A DNA stretch of 64,000 nucleotides. Origin: Podarcis liolepis (Eukaryota). Location of the stretch: NCBI GenBank assembly GCA_965112155.1, contig OZ218103.1; one strand, given 5' to 3'. Made by a program: the position numbers and the translations under genes. Under the pieces are notes generated by a model. It ran no database searches. It was not told where the DNA came from and saw only the letters and a list, made by a program, of their open reading frames with translations. The first letter of the stretch is position 1, and each line of letters begins with the position of its first letter. This document shows, in pieces, positions 1 to 10,749 of the stretch.

Positions 1-9
1 GTATGTAAG

Positions 10-10
<1 letters not shown>
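1..10 (+). other. possible 5' splice donor at window start (window may begin at an intron start)
   Basis: Window starts GTATGTAAGT (GTATGT and GTAAGT are both donor-like). No convincing host coding exon follows. The upstream exon is not visible. Confidence 0.3.

Positions 11-44
<34 letters not shown>
10..44. repeat. (TC)n/(CA)n microsatellite
   Basis: Read directly from the sequence. Confidence 0.95.
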
Positions 45-129
45 TGGCTTCCAACAACATATCATATTATTTCACGGTGCCCTGTCTCCTTAATTTCTGC
101 ATATAGTTACTGTGAGCAATTTAACTCTT

Positions 130-300
130 TCCATTTAATCCCAAAGGAGACTGCTTAATGAATTGCCGTCTTTAATCCTGGATAGAGAGCTTTAATCCCA
201 ACTGCTTCTGTGTGACAGCAACTTAATATTGCGCACGGCAACAGCTCAGCAACCTTTTGGCATAAGGATATAGGTTACCCTATCCCTTTCGTATTAATCT
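130..300. promoter_or_regulatory. cluster of K50-homeodomain (OTX/CRX/PITX-type) TAATCC sites, candidate enhancer
   Basis: TAATCC at 136-141, 173-178 and 193-198 (each as TTTAATCC), plus TAATCT at 295-300, in non-repetitive sequence. Confidence 0.45.
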
Positions 301-589
301 TACCCTTGTTTCAGACTGGCAAAAAAAACCCAAAACCAGAGAGGTAATGCTTTTCTTTATTTTCCCTTCCAGGTTTGGGCTTTGCTACCTCTGAATATTT
401 GTAGATACCACTGAATTGATATGTGGCGGGTGAGTGCAGGGGTGGGTGGGGAGAAGACGATAAAACACAATAGAGGGGCTGCGGCAAAAAAATGGGAGAA
501 AAGAACCAGAGCTGTGTTCGCAATGGAGGCAGACAAAGCCTTTGGAAATGGGGCAGCGTGCTCCCTGTGGTGCAGCAGCTGGCTGGTGC

Positions 590-850
590 CAGTCAGAAGG
601 CCTGGCTCCGCTCCCTCTCCTCCCCCCTCGCCCTCCTCATGCAACCTCCCCCCGCCCTCCAAACCCTGCTGTTAAGGGGTAACCTCTATTCTCTCCGGCA
701 GACGTGTTAGCACTGAGATCAAGCCCCGCAGCTCAGCTCTGCTCAAGAACAGGGATGTAACCTGCCATATTGCCTCCATGTGGAATTTCATCCTGGCTGC
801 CGACAGACAAAAGAAAACTCAGAGATGCCGGTTTGGTGAGGCGGTTTCAT
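590..850 (+). promoter_or_regulatory. GC-rich promoter-like segment (SP/KLF-type CCCCGCCC and CCCTCC boxes)
   Basis: Locally C-rich, CpG-retaining stretch (ccctctcctccccctcgccctcc...cccccgccctcc) upstream of a strong donor at 1223. Confidence 0.35.
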
Positions 851-1207
851 GCAGTTGGTTCGCCACAGACGAGTATTTTGCAGGCACCACTCTCCCTCAC
901 TCGCTCCTTCCCTCAGTGCTTTCCTCCTTGCCTTGATCTCGGCCGCAGTTCTTTTAATAAGCCTCCTAAGACTTCAAAGTGGCAAGCCAGAGTCTGGGCC
1001 ATGATTCATAACAACAAATGTAACAGACAGTACATTCTGCGAATTTAGGTCAATGCATCACTCTTAGAGCACATTATAAATTCATCACAATCACAGCCGG
1101 GAGAAAATTTTTATTCCCTGACATGAGTGTCTCCTTAGACACGCTGCAAATATCTAACAAAAAATTTGAACTGCAGATTAAGTATTGATTGAGTTTAATA
1201 AATTATA

Positions 1208-1222
1208 ATGCGCCACAGATCG
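1208..1222 (+). CDS. candidate coding end of an alternative first exon (MRHRS, phase-0 donor)
   Basis: ataATGcgccacagatcg|GTAAGT: A at -3, in-frame upstream TAA at 1199-1201, consensus donor at 1223-1228. Host gene not recognised. Confidence 0.3.
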
Positions 1223-2123
1223 GTAAGTGGGTTTCAACTGATATAGATGAACTCGGCTCCCTCTCTCTCTCTCTCCCCCCCCTCTCTCTCTCTCTCAGAA
1301 AAAGCCTTTCTCCTCCCATTTTGATCAAAGTGAACACACAGGAATATATAGGCAAGCCTAACAACAGTAAATCTAGGGAGTAAACACCATTGAATATAGT
1401 GGGATTTACTCTGTGTATAGATGCTTAGCACTGTTGTACTTCTGTCTTTTTCATGGGAGAAAAACTGGGAACTAAACAAATGAGAATGACTAAAAATGTA
1501 TTGCTAGACTAGGTGCAAGTCCACCAAGGCCGGCAGTCAACTTCCACATAAACTGATAATTAACTATTCTTCTCAGTTCATGTGGATAAAGGTCAGTTGA
1601 TACATGACTATGATTTCTCCATGAAATACTTCAGTGGAATTGAGCCAGATGTCACAAAGAAAGAATTTAAGAAGTGGATGTGAAGTCATGGTATTCAATG
1701 CAATTTGTCAGTTGTGTGCCTAATTCTAAGATGGCCCCAAGATATTGTATCATTTAATTTAATCATAGATCTGAATTCTTATTTATCACATCTCTCCAAA
1801 TTTCATTTGAAGGAAGCTTTTTTTTTTATTACCTAGGACCTAAGATATAGCAGGTGCCATCAGGCAGCTATTCTAGTTGGGCAATATCTGTGTGACCAAA
1901 GAGTAAGTAAAGTCTGCAGTTTATGTTTCATTGTCTCATTTCTGAAGATTGTAAATGAAAATTCCTTTCCTGGGTATTAGTGGTTGAGCTTATTTGCCTA
2001 TCTTGCAAAAAGCAATCAACAACAACAACAATAATAATGCGCAGGTTGCTGCCAGCTTTCCTATGGAAGGATCAAAATATGCTGTAAAGGTTTGTCCTCA
2101 TTCAGTACTTTTGAAAACCAAGA

Positions 2124-2243
2124 GGTGCAGCTAATGCTAGTCCGACTCAGAGTAGACCTATTGTCATTAATGGACATGACTAATGTAGATTGATTAATTT
2201 CAAGGGGTCTACTCTGAATAAGACTTAGCGGGATACATTCCCA
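2124..2243. mobile_element. AT-rich palindromic MITE-like repeat, family A
   Basis: actcagagtagacc...ggtctactctga inverted arms. Related copies at about 30440-30570, 36575-36665, 48160-48262, 50197-50310 and 50336-50435. Confidence 0.65.
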
Positions 2244-2280
2244 ACTAACTACTGCAAATCATCCTATGACCTAAACCTCA

Positions 2281-3190
2281 CAATTAGAAAAAAGACCTGC
2301 TAGACAATAATAAAAAGTAATGTCAAAAATGTATAAGATTTTATTAGAATGACAAACAAAAGACAAACAGGTGAAATAATCAATGATGCATTGGGCAATG
2401 GATATAGGACATAATATTGAAATGTCAGCATGGAGGCGACTGTGGAATGTAGATATGAAATTAACAGCATGTCATGGGATAAAATAAAATTATATGAAAA
2501 TGATGTATAGTTGGTATCTGACACCTAGTAAATTAGCAAAAATGGATAAGTCAACATCATATATCTGTTGGAAATGTAAAGAGAAGGAAGGTACCTTTTT
2601 CTATATGTGGTAGTCTTGTAAGGTTGGTAAAACATTCTTGGAAATGATATATAATGAGTTGGGGAAAAAATCTTGAAAACTTTTATTAAGAAACCAGAAG
2701 CCTTTCTCTTTAGGAATAATAGGAAGTGAGATACCAAAAGAACAGAAAAAAGTATATATGTATGTGACAACAGATGCTTGAATTTCCAGAGGTGGAAAGA
2801 AGCAGCAGTCCCAACCAAAGAAGATTGGCAGCAAAAACTGTTGGGAGTTTGCAGAAATGGCAAAACTTACCAAAAGAATAAGAAAACTAGAAGGGAGACT
2901 TTTAAACTTAGTATGGGGAATATTTAGGGACTATTTGAAGAGCTATTGTAAACAACTTAAAACACTAGCAGCATTGAATTAAAAACAAGGAGAAAAATAA
3001 TTTAAATTGAATATAAAGGACAAATAATAAATAGATTTAAATCAGTTATGCAGTGATAAAAGATATTACAGAAGCAACCACAGAAAGGGGGAGGGGTCGA
3101 TATTAATATTTGGTATCTTAATTTGGATGTGTTAATTTGTATTGTTATAAGTTTGTAAAATGAGAAAATGAAAATATTTTTTTAAATAAA
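2281..3190 (+). mobile_element. degraded L1-clade LINE 3' end (ORF2 C-terminus plus 3' UTR)
   Basis: A-rich + strand. Frameshifted [16 protein letters not shown]...[11 protein letters not shown] zinc-knuckle region around 2495-2620, typical of vertebrate L1/Tx1 ORF2. A-rich 3' end. Confidence 0.8.
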
Positions 3191-3194
3191 CCCC

Positions 3195-3330
3195 ATCCTT
3201 CTCCAACTTGGTGACCTCCAGATGTTGTTGAACTCCCAACAGCCCCAGCCAGCACAACCAATGGACAGGAATGAAGGGAGTTGTAGTCCAACAACATCTG
3301 CAGGGAACCAGGTTGAGGAATACTAACCTA
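3195..3330. mobile_element. palindromic non-autonomous DNA element, family B (ccagatgttg...caacatctgg)
   Basis: Internal inverted repeat cagatgttgttg...caacaacatctg. Related copies at about 19695-19815, 20608-20735, 31570-31690, 39125-39350 and 47520-47655. Confidence 0.65.
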
Positions 3331-4321
3331 GATTACCAATGACCTGGTTCAGTGTAAGCCATGCACTCAATCTTTGTTCAACCAGCCCTATGTCTCTCAA
3401 GGGACATTCAAATTAATTGTTAACACAGATGTGATTTTTACAGCCCCACTGCTAAGTGTCAGCACATTGTACACATTGTAGGGTTTTGGGTTTGTTTGTT
3501 GTTCATTGAAAGAAGCGACTCGGTTGTTTAAATGCGATAGCTAATACTAAAGGACAATGTTGCAAGCAGACAGTCTTTGGCTATAGGCAAGACAAGCACA
3601 GACCAAGGCAATTAAGGAAACCAAAGTAGCTTTCAAAGTTTGGGCAAAACTATGTGCTCTGTTGCAAAAAGAGGACACGAGGACGCATAAGGACACATAG
3701 TTCCGGGTTTGACCTATTTCGCTTGATTTCATTTTCAGACTTTGTAAGCCAAGCTCCAGTGCATTCCTGAGGAAAATATTCTAACTGGCATTTTTTGCTG
3801 TGAGTCAGTCCTTGCACAAAAAGTGCTTTGTGCATCTAGATAACGCAAGTAGCTGTCTAGCAGCACGTACCAGAGAACTAAGTGAGCAAAGCAAAATCAG
3901 ACGGCAGAAGATTTGGTAATAACAAGAGTGCACGGCACATTTTGACAGTATCTTCTATCAGACAATCTCTGAAAGTCTATAGGAAAGATCACACATGTCT
4001 CATTCTGGATTATTTCATCTAAAGCAGAGCTATCACCTCCCTGGTTGAACTTTCAATTGTTAATGTGATCCAAGAGGAGTCACCCATATCACAACTCTGA
4101 AATAACATTCTAAGGAAGTTTATATCCATATAAGACGCAAACCTCTTACATGTGTATCAGTAGCTTATGACGTCTCATATGCTGAAAAACATAGTCAGAA
4201 TAAGATGTCCATCTTCTGGAGGTGTATGGCAACATGTTTATGGACTGGTTATGATTTTTTTAGGGTGAGGGGTTGCTGAAGGATGGGAAATTAGTAGTGC
4301 AGAATATCAAACTAAAGACAA

Positions 4322-4475
4322 AATATTTTTTTTTTCTTCCAGTAGCACCTTAAAGACCAACTAAGTTAGTTCTTGGTATGAGCTTTCGTGTGCATGCACA
4401 CTTGGTCTTTAAGGTGCTACTGGAAGAAATTTTTTTTTATTTTGACTATGGCAGACCAACACGGCTACCTATCTA
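4322..4475. mobile_element. Penelope-like element remnant with inverted terminal arms and truncated hammerhead (family 2)
   Basis: 28-bp inverted arms 4333-4360/4402-4429. Minus strand reads aagtgtgcatgcacacGAAAgctc (stem II + GAAA + palindromic stem III; CUGA part lost). 13-bp TSD aaactaaagacaa at 4309-4321 and 4476-4488. Confidence 0.7.
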
Positions 4476-5639
4476 AAACTAAAGACAACACAACATGTAC
4501 TTCTAGGCTAGTTGAAAGTGTGTGGGGATTCTACGACACAAAAATGGCTGATTTGGGCCTGAAAAGTAAACCTGGGGGTTATTTTATACACTCTTAGCTG
4601 GGACACTGTAATAATGCCAATTTTACAATTTTACATCAGAGGGCTGCCTTTCTGATTAGCCTCTTCCATTGAAATTCAACGAGACTTAAAAATGTGTACA
4701 TTTGCCTGAATCATGACCACAATGCAGTGAATCGACACCACATAAAGCAGAAGAAAGTTTATTTTCAATGCACACAAGGCCATCACAGCGTTAGTTTCCC
4801 ATTCACAAATGGCACTACAAAGGGATTTTGTGAGGACTAATGGGAAACATGCAGGTTATTTTTTAAAAAGGCTTAAATATTTTGCTGTGCACGTTGGCTG
4901 TCTATGAAGCATTTTTATATAACTGTCTTTATTTTCATATGCGTTATTTGGTGAGCCCTTAAGAATTGATCTTATGAAATAAGAAAGCAGAATAGCTTTG
5001 GTTTTTTTAAAAAAATAAGCTTCTTCAGGAAGGACTGGGCTATTTCCATCTGAAAAATTTCTAGGCTACAGCTGAAGTGAAGTAAAGTGTTAAAGCAACC
5101 TGACAGAAATCCCCTAAAGGAAAGAAGAGTTGGGGCGGGGAGCCATAAAACAAGGTCAGTGCACTAAAAGGTCTCTGAAAGAAATATTTTTTTAAAAAAA
5201 CATATATTTTTTTTGTTCCCAAAAATGCTGACATAATTTCTGAAATGCAGAGCTCTTCCACATTCTGAAGAGGCACAACTTAAGCACCTCTGTGATTCAT
5301 TGCCCATGAAAGAAGGAAGCGGTGTTTTTGCACATAAAATAGGGTTAAGAAGGAGGAGCCACTGATACAGTCTTTGGGCCTGGCCAGACATTAACAATGC
5401 CAGGCTGGAAGCCATGGGAGCACACTATGTTGGGACGTGGCATCAGAGGTGGATTCTGAGAAGTAGGACCAGTTACCTCGCACTGGGTGCCAAGCCAAAA
5501 GGGGTGCTGCAGGGCGTTGCCATTGTGACAAGAGGAGGGGAAACCACACACAAGGCACCACTGAAATTTGAAACAGCAACATCTGCCCCTGGTGGCATCC
5601 TCAGTGATGGGCTCTTAAAACATGATGAGGCCAAGGCAG

Positions 5640-6170
5640 AAGGTGAATTCAGTGCAAATCCCTCCTTATAAACACACTTTTGTATACATTTGGGACTAAT
5701 GTATGCCACTAACCGAATGCATTTTTGTATGTTACCTCCATTAATGTATTCATTTTCATGTACACCCCCCCCGATACAGTGGTACCTTGGGTTAAGTACT
5801 TAATTCGTTCCGGAGGTCCGTACTTAACCTGAAACTGTTCTTAACCTGAAGCACCACTTTAGCTAATGGGGCCTCCTGCTGCTGCCGGGCCGCCGGAGCA
5901 CAATTTCTGTTCTCATCCTGAAGCAAAGTTCTTAACCTGAAGCACTATTTCTGGGTTAGCGGAGTCTGTAACCTGAAGCGTATGTAACCCGAGGTACCAC
6001 TGTACATGCAGTTTTGTAAACGTTGGCTGAAAAAATGCATCACAAAATTAGAATAAGCCTGAATTTCAAAGGATAGCTGGGTTTCGATCCGCACATTGTT
6101 TTGGAATGTGGAAATTTGATAGATTCATCTTCAAATACAAACTGAATCGAATTTCTCCCTCATCCCTACC
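5640..6170 (-). mobile_element. old dispersed repeat (DNA-transposon-like) hosting the MITE
   Basis: Ends ...aactgaatcgaatttctccctcatcccta. Homologous pieces in the opposite orientation at about 40213-40440 and 52545-52760. Confidence 0.5.
5777..6002 (+). mobile_element. Tigger/pogo-like MITE (Tc1/mariner superfamily)
   Basis: TIRs cagtggtacct(t/c)gggtta / taacccgaggtaccactg, flanked by TA on both sides. Confidence 0.9.
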
Positions 6171-6599
6171 CGGGGAACTCAATTGCGGGGAGACAGGGGG
6201 CCCTTTTAAGCAAGTCTTAAGGAATTTTTCTGTCAGTGATGGAGAGCTCTTTCATCGTAAGACGAGTGGCTCCAAGCACCCAGAGGCCATTTGAGGTATG
6301 TAGGCTGAAGGTGACTTCTTGGGGCTGAAGGTTTTATGTAGGTTGGTACCTTATGTAGCAGGCAAACAAAGAAAATCAGGCTCAAACCACACACAGATTC
6401 GGTAGCTCGTGTGGGAATGCTAGGAACTGTAGTTCTGAGAGAAAAAGATCAAAATCTTTCAGAGAGAACTCTCCACTCGCTTGCCAAGCTACAAAATCTC
6501 CAGGATTATTTGGCGGAGGAAGGCATGGCAATAAAAGTGGCATAAATGGGATACTGTTGCCCAGAGCATATTTGTCTTTTAACTAGCTACTTAACCTGC

Positions 6600-6790
6600 A
6601 ACATAGGAAGTTAAGTTGCCTTATACCAGGTCATGTTATCTGTTCATCTAATGCAGTATTGTCTATTCTTACTGAAGGCAGATTTGCAGGGACCAGAGGT
6701 CCTTCACATTGCTGCCTACCAGATCCTTTTAACTAGAGATGCTACAACATGAGCCTGCATGCAATGCATGTGCTCTGTCACCAAGGAATA
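6600..6790 (-). mobile_element. degraded tRNA-derived SINE (Squam3-like)
   Basis: aacataggaag...tgccttatacc...gtcc/ttcatcta...cagtattgtct 3' end. Homologous to 30018-30185. Confidence 0.55.
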
Positions 6791-7474
6791 GTCTCTCTAG
6801 TCCCCTTCAAGACTGGCTTTAATTCATTCTTGATTAATGGAGAGCATGGAGATGTTCTGCCCTGGAGAGGTAAAAAAATGCTAAAATTTCAAAACCACAC
6901 AATTCATGTATTACCCTAGGAACCAGGTTTTCTTCTGCTCGCTAACAATCCAGCATCATAGAAATAATGTATTTCCCCCCCCCTTCTCATTCATGGGGGT
7001 GGAAAATCCCTAGTAGCTGGGTAAGAAAAATGCAACCACATCCGCTCATGAATTCTGAGAATGTAGGCCACATTCCTCCAGGCTCCTGATTCCAGTATAA
7101 TTCCACTCACATCAGTGCAACTGCTCTGGGTCTAAAATGAAGTATATTGCTTGAGGGCTGTGCTTTAAAGTTCATCACTGCTCATCTATATTGGTCACAT
7201 CAAGATTCAGCCATTTAAGCTAAAAGAACATGCATGGCTTCTGATTCTGACATCTATGACTCAAGGATCAAAATCCAGACTGTCCGCTAGTGATCTTAAC
7301 ACCGCTCAGGACTGACTAGTGAGACTCCACATGCCGCTCAGAAGACTCAAAACATATTGAATCCATCTGCTTTGAATCTCATAAGGCCGGTCCTGCTCTT
7401 TGGTATGCTTGTCCCAGCTTAAATGGCTGCTTAGCAGAAAGCTGTGTTGATGTTATCTTATGCTGAAGTTGAAG

Positions 7475-7739
7475 ACTGTAGAACACAATGCAAAACTGCA
7501 TTAAAAAAAACTGTGCTGAAGTCTTTGCTTGTTTGATTTCTTGTTTATTTGTAGGTGTGGGGTGCATTACTTGACGACTTCCCCTTGCTCCACGACAAGT
7601 TCCCCAGGCTTATAACTTGCCTCGAACCTTCTTCACAAGAAGAGTTGTGAACCCCACACATACAAATAAACAAGAAATCAAAAAAGCAAAGACTTCACCA
7701 TGGTTTTTTTGAATGCAGTTTAGAATTGTGCTCTATAGT
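7475..7739. repeat. long imperfect inverted repeat (89-bp arms, 87-bp spacer)
   Basis: 7475-7563 is the reverse complement of 7651-7739 with about 10 mismatches and no indels. Confidence 0.9.
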
Positions 7740-8149
7740 GAATACTGCATTTATCCCTTTTTGTATAACTGAAGACTGGGCTGGAATTTCCACTTCTAAA
7801 TGACCTATAGCAAGTAGGCTCTTTTGCAGACATTTTTTGATGGGAGGATTACTCTTGCATGTTTTGGAACAGGGCTGACACTTGAGGACCTCTAAACTAA
7901 GGAAATCAATATGAGATCATAAGGAAATTATGCACTGTGTGTATCATGTTACAGTAACATTATCAGTGTTTATAAGAATAGAATTCTTTACAAAGTTTTA
8001 AGACAAGAGGCTTTTTGCAACAGAACTCGAAAAGAAACATTACACTTAAATACTAAATGAGGAACCTAGTGACACAATTTGTGAATAACATGAGGAACCT
8101 GGGGACCTGTCTGTACCAGAGCAGAATGTGGATTTGCACCTCCATAACC

Positions 8150-8343
8150 AAGGACTGGAAAGTAGACAATGTAAGAACTTTTTTTAAAAAAAGATCCAGG
8201 GATTCCTGGAAATTACAGCCTGGTAAACTTAATATCTGTCCCAGGAAAACTGGTGGAAAGTATTGTTAAAGATAAAATAGCCAAGCATATAGAAGAAGCC
8301 TTGTTAAAGAGTCAGTATGGCTTCTGGAAGGACAAGTCCTGTC
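8150..8343 (+). mobile_element. old CR1 LINE fragment (start of RT domain)
   Basis: Frameshifted translation DWKVDNVRTFFKK...ESIVKDKIAKHIEEALLKSQYGFWKDKSC matches the CR1 ORF2 motif xDWKxANVxPIFKK...QHGFxKGKSC. Confidence 0.85.
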
Positions 8344-8419
8344 AGAGTGAATGGGAGCTTTCCCACCATTCAAACTGTATGTGCCAGAGGACCAATCTGG
8401 GTCAGGACCACTGCGGGAG

Positions 8420-8990
8420 CTATTATTTATTAAATTTACATACCTGAGATCCGAAGATCTCAGGGCAGTTCACAAGATAAAAATACAGCAGAAAAGCACA
8501 AAAGAAATAGTTAAAACAAAAACTAAACTAAACAATAACCCAGTGGCGTAGCGTGGGGGGTGCAGGGGGGCCCGGACGCACCGGGCGCAACATCGGGGGG
8601 GGGGGGCGCTCGCACTCGCAGCTCTAAAAGCCACGGGTTAGGGGGCGCAAATTATTTGCCTTGCCCCGGGTGCTGACAACCCACGCTACGCCACTGCAAT
8701 AACCCCCCTCCCACAAGCAGATTTTAAAGGTTGTAGAAATTACTCAGCCCAAGGTCTGGTTGAAGAGGAACATTTTTGCCTGACGCCTAAAGATGTATAA
8801 CGAAGATGCCAGGCGAACTTCCCTGGGGAGACCGTTCCACAAATGGGGAGCTGCTGCGGAAAAGGTCTGTTCTCATGTTGCTACTCTCATGGAGGAGGCA
8901 CATGAAGAAGGACCTCATATAATGATTGCAGAGTCTGGGTTGGTTTATATGAGGAGAGGAAAGTCCTTGAAGTATTGCAGCTAAAGCCCC
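8420..8990 (-). mobile_element. degraded L2 LINE 3' portion, interrupted by a hAT MITE
   Basis: tatttatt...tacc 3' tail and ...ggggagaccgttccacaaatggggagc...gaaaagg, the reverse of the L2 FSxAAPxLWNxLP motif. Confidence 0.65.
8541..8696. mobile_element. hAT MITE
   Basis: Perfect 17-bp TIR cagtggcgtagcgtggg. Perfect 8-bp TSD caataacc (8533-8540, 8697-8704). CpG-rich, so probably young. Confidence 0.92.
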
Positions 8991-9861
8991 ATTACCTCCC
9001 CATGCCAGGGTTCTAATCCAGATAAGCCAGTCCCTGCTACGTATTTCTGCAATGAAAAATGGCACACTCAAGGACAAACCAAGTGATTAACGTCATGTGT
9101 AGTTAGGTCCAGAGACCCAATCTGTATGTTCAGAAAAAGCACATGGTTAAGTCCTTTCCTGTACTTCAGATTTCAGGTTCAGGATCAAATATTTAAAAAT
9201 CCTTTCTTTTACACGGGTATCTTCAAATGGAAGTCAAGGCTAACGGATTCCCGGATATCTCAGCTTCTCATGGGCAAGAGTTTCTGGTATTAAGTCCTTG
9301 AGATTCAATTTCTGGGAGCTTTTGGAAGAAACTGTGTTTCCAAGCCCTGTTTATGCTTCGCTTCAGTCCTGAGATCATGATGACTAATTGCAGAGCAATT
9401 AGGTCAGAAGTGTGCCTTGTGCAAAAGATCTCGGGTTACACAAAGGCATGCTGGGCAAATGAAGGCCGCCCCTTTGGAAACACAACCATATTTTAGCGCA
9501 ATCTGTCACAATGTAAAAAGGCGCCCAGAAAATGTAATATAAAAATCTCTTTAACATGATGTTGCAAGTTGTTATTGTCACATACTGTGACAAGTTCGGA
9601 CTTTTTGGACCATAATGGTAAAATAAGCTTGTGAAAGTTTCAAATTAATGTAAGTGAGATCAACAATATGGGTCAAGTTTGACTTGACAAATTGCAAATA
9701 TGCTTGTAGAAAAACGATCTCATTTTAACCTGCTACTCTTCTTCAAAAACATCAAATTCCAGGTATATATATATATATATATATGTTTTCGTAGATTTTC
9801 ACGGGTACAGGAATGCAGGTTTTGGTGTCCTCGGGTGTCTTCCCGTGTAAAAGTTGGGGTG

Positions 9862-9909
9862 TCTAGGCGACGTTTCGACGAGGTCTCACTCGTCATCTTC
9901 AGGCTGGTG
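9862..9909 (-). ncRNA. minimal type I hammerhead ribozyme (minus strand)
   Basis: Reverse complement reads CUGAAGA-U-GACGAG-ugagac-CUCGUC-GAAA-C-GUC (core 9869-9902). Confidence 0.75.
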
Positions 9910-10140
9910 CTTTCGGCTTCTTGTTACTGGAACAGAGCGGGATCTCAGTGTTTGAGTTCCTATAAATACTGTAGAGGGGTGTGGTGTATTGCCTCAAAAG
10001 TTCTGGGCAGAGGGGAACACTAGCCTGGGAACTTCCCCTCTGCCCAGAACTTTTGAGGCAATACACCACACCCCTCTACAGTATTTATAGGAACTCAAAC
10101 ACTGAGATCCCGCTCTGTTCCAGTAACAAGAAGCCGAAAG

Positions 10141-10188
10141 CACCAGCCTGAAGATGACGAGTGAGACCTCGTCGAAACGTCGCCTAGA
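10141..10188 (+). ncRNA. minimal type I hammerhead ribozyme (plus strand)
   Basis: CTGAAGA 10148-10154, extra T 10155, stem II GACGAG/CTCGTC (10156-10161/10168-10173), GAAA 10174-10177, palindromic ACGT stem III, GUC triplet 10179-10181. Stem I is only 2-3 bp. Confidence 0.75.
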
Positions 10189-10232
10189 CACCCCAACTTT
10201 TACACGGGAAGACACCCGAGGACACCAAAACC

Positions 10233-10272
<40 letters not shown>

Positions 10273-10749
10273 TTCATATAAGCTGCAGCTTATACTTTGA
10301 CAAATTGACTTTCATTCCTTCATATCATGGTTGCCTATGCAATCTGTCTACTGCCACTTCTGCCTTAGAAGTTTCTACCTCTTTACAAGGGATTATACTT
10401 TGAAAATACAGTCAAGGAATCTCCAGGTTCTAATTCAGATCTCAGAGAGAAAGCGAATGAGAGAATATGCATTATTAATATTGTGCCTGATGCCTTCTGT
10501 TCTTTTTGAATGACTGCATAATACATCCGAGATCATTAGTTACCAAATAAAATCACTACGAATCATCCCTGTATCTATGGCAAGAGAGAACAAGGGCACT
10601 TTTAAATCTTTGTGGATCGGCTGATATGTTGACAGTGTGCACTGAATGAGAGGGGTATGTGTGTGTGCTCTACAAAAACAAAAATGATATACTGAGAAAA
10701 CTGGCTCCAAATGCTCAAATGCTAAATAGTGCATAGGCATGCAACAATT

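Larger units (their letters stand above)
9785..10237. mobile_element. Penelope-like element pseudo-LTRs in inverted arrangement (family 1), inserted in (TA)n
   Basis: 205-bp arms 9813-10017/10033-10237 with a 15-nt spacer. Extra 28-nt extension on the left copy only (9785-9812). (TA)n on both sides. Hammerhead core in each arm. Confidence 0.85.

Noticed and set aside
7564-7650. Hammerhead in the hairpin spacer (ttgacga on +, gtgaaga on -)
   Set aside because: Neither strand has an exact CUGANGA with a properly placed stem II and GAAA.
9700-10215. Identical peptides on both strands (SSRVKVGVSRRRFDEV...), also at 33128-33364
   Set aside because: A consequence of the inverted PLE repeat. There is no evidence of coding, and the functional signal is the RNA motif on the opposite strand.
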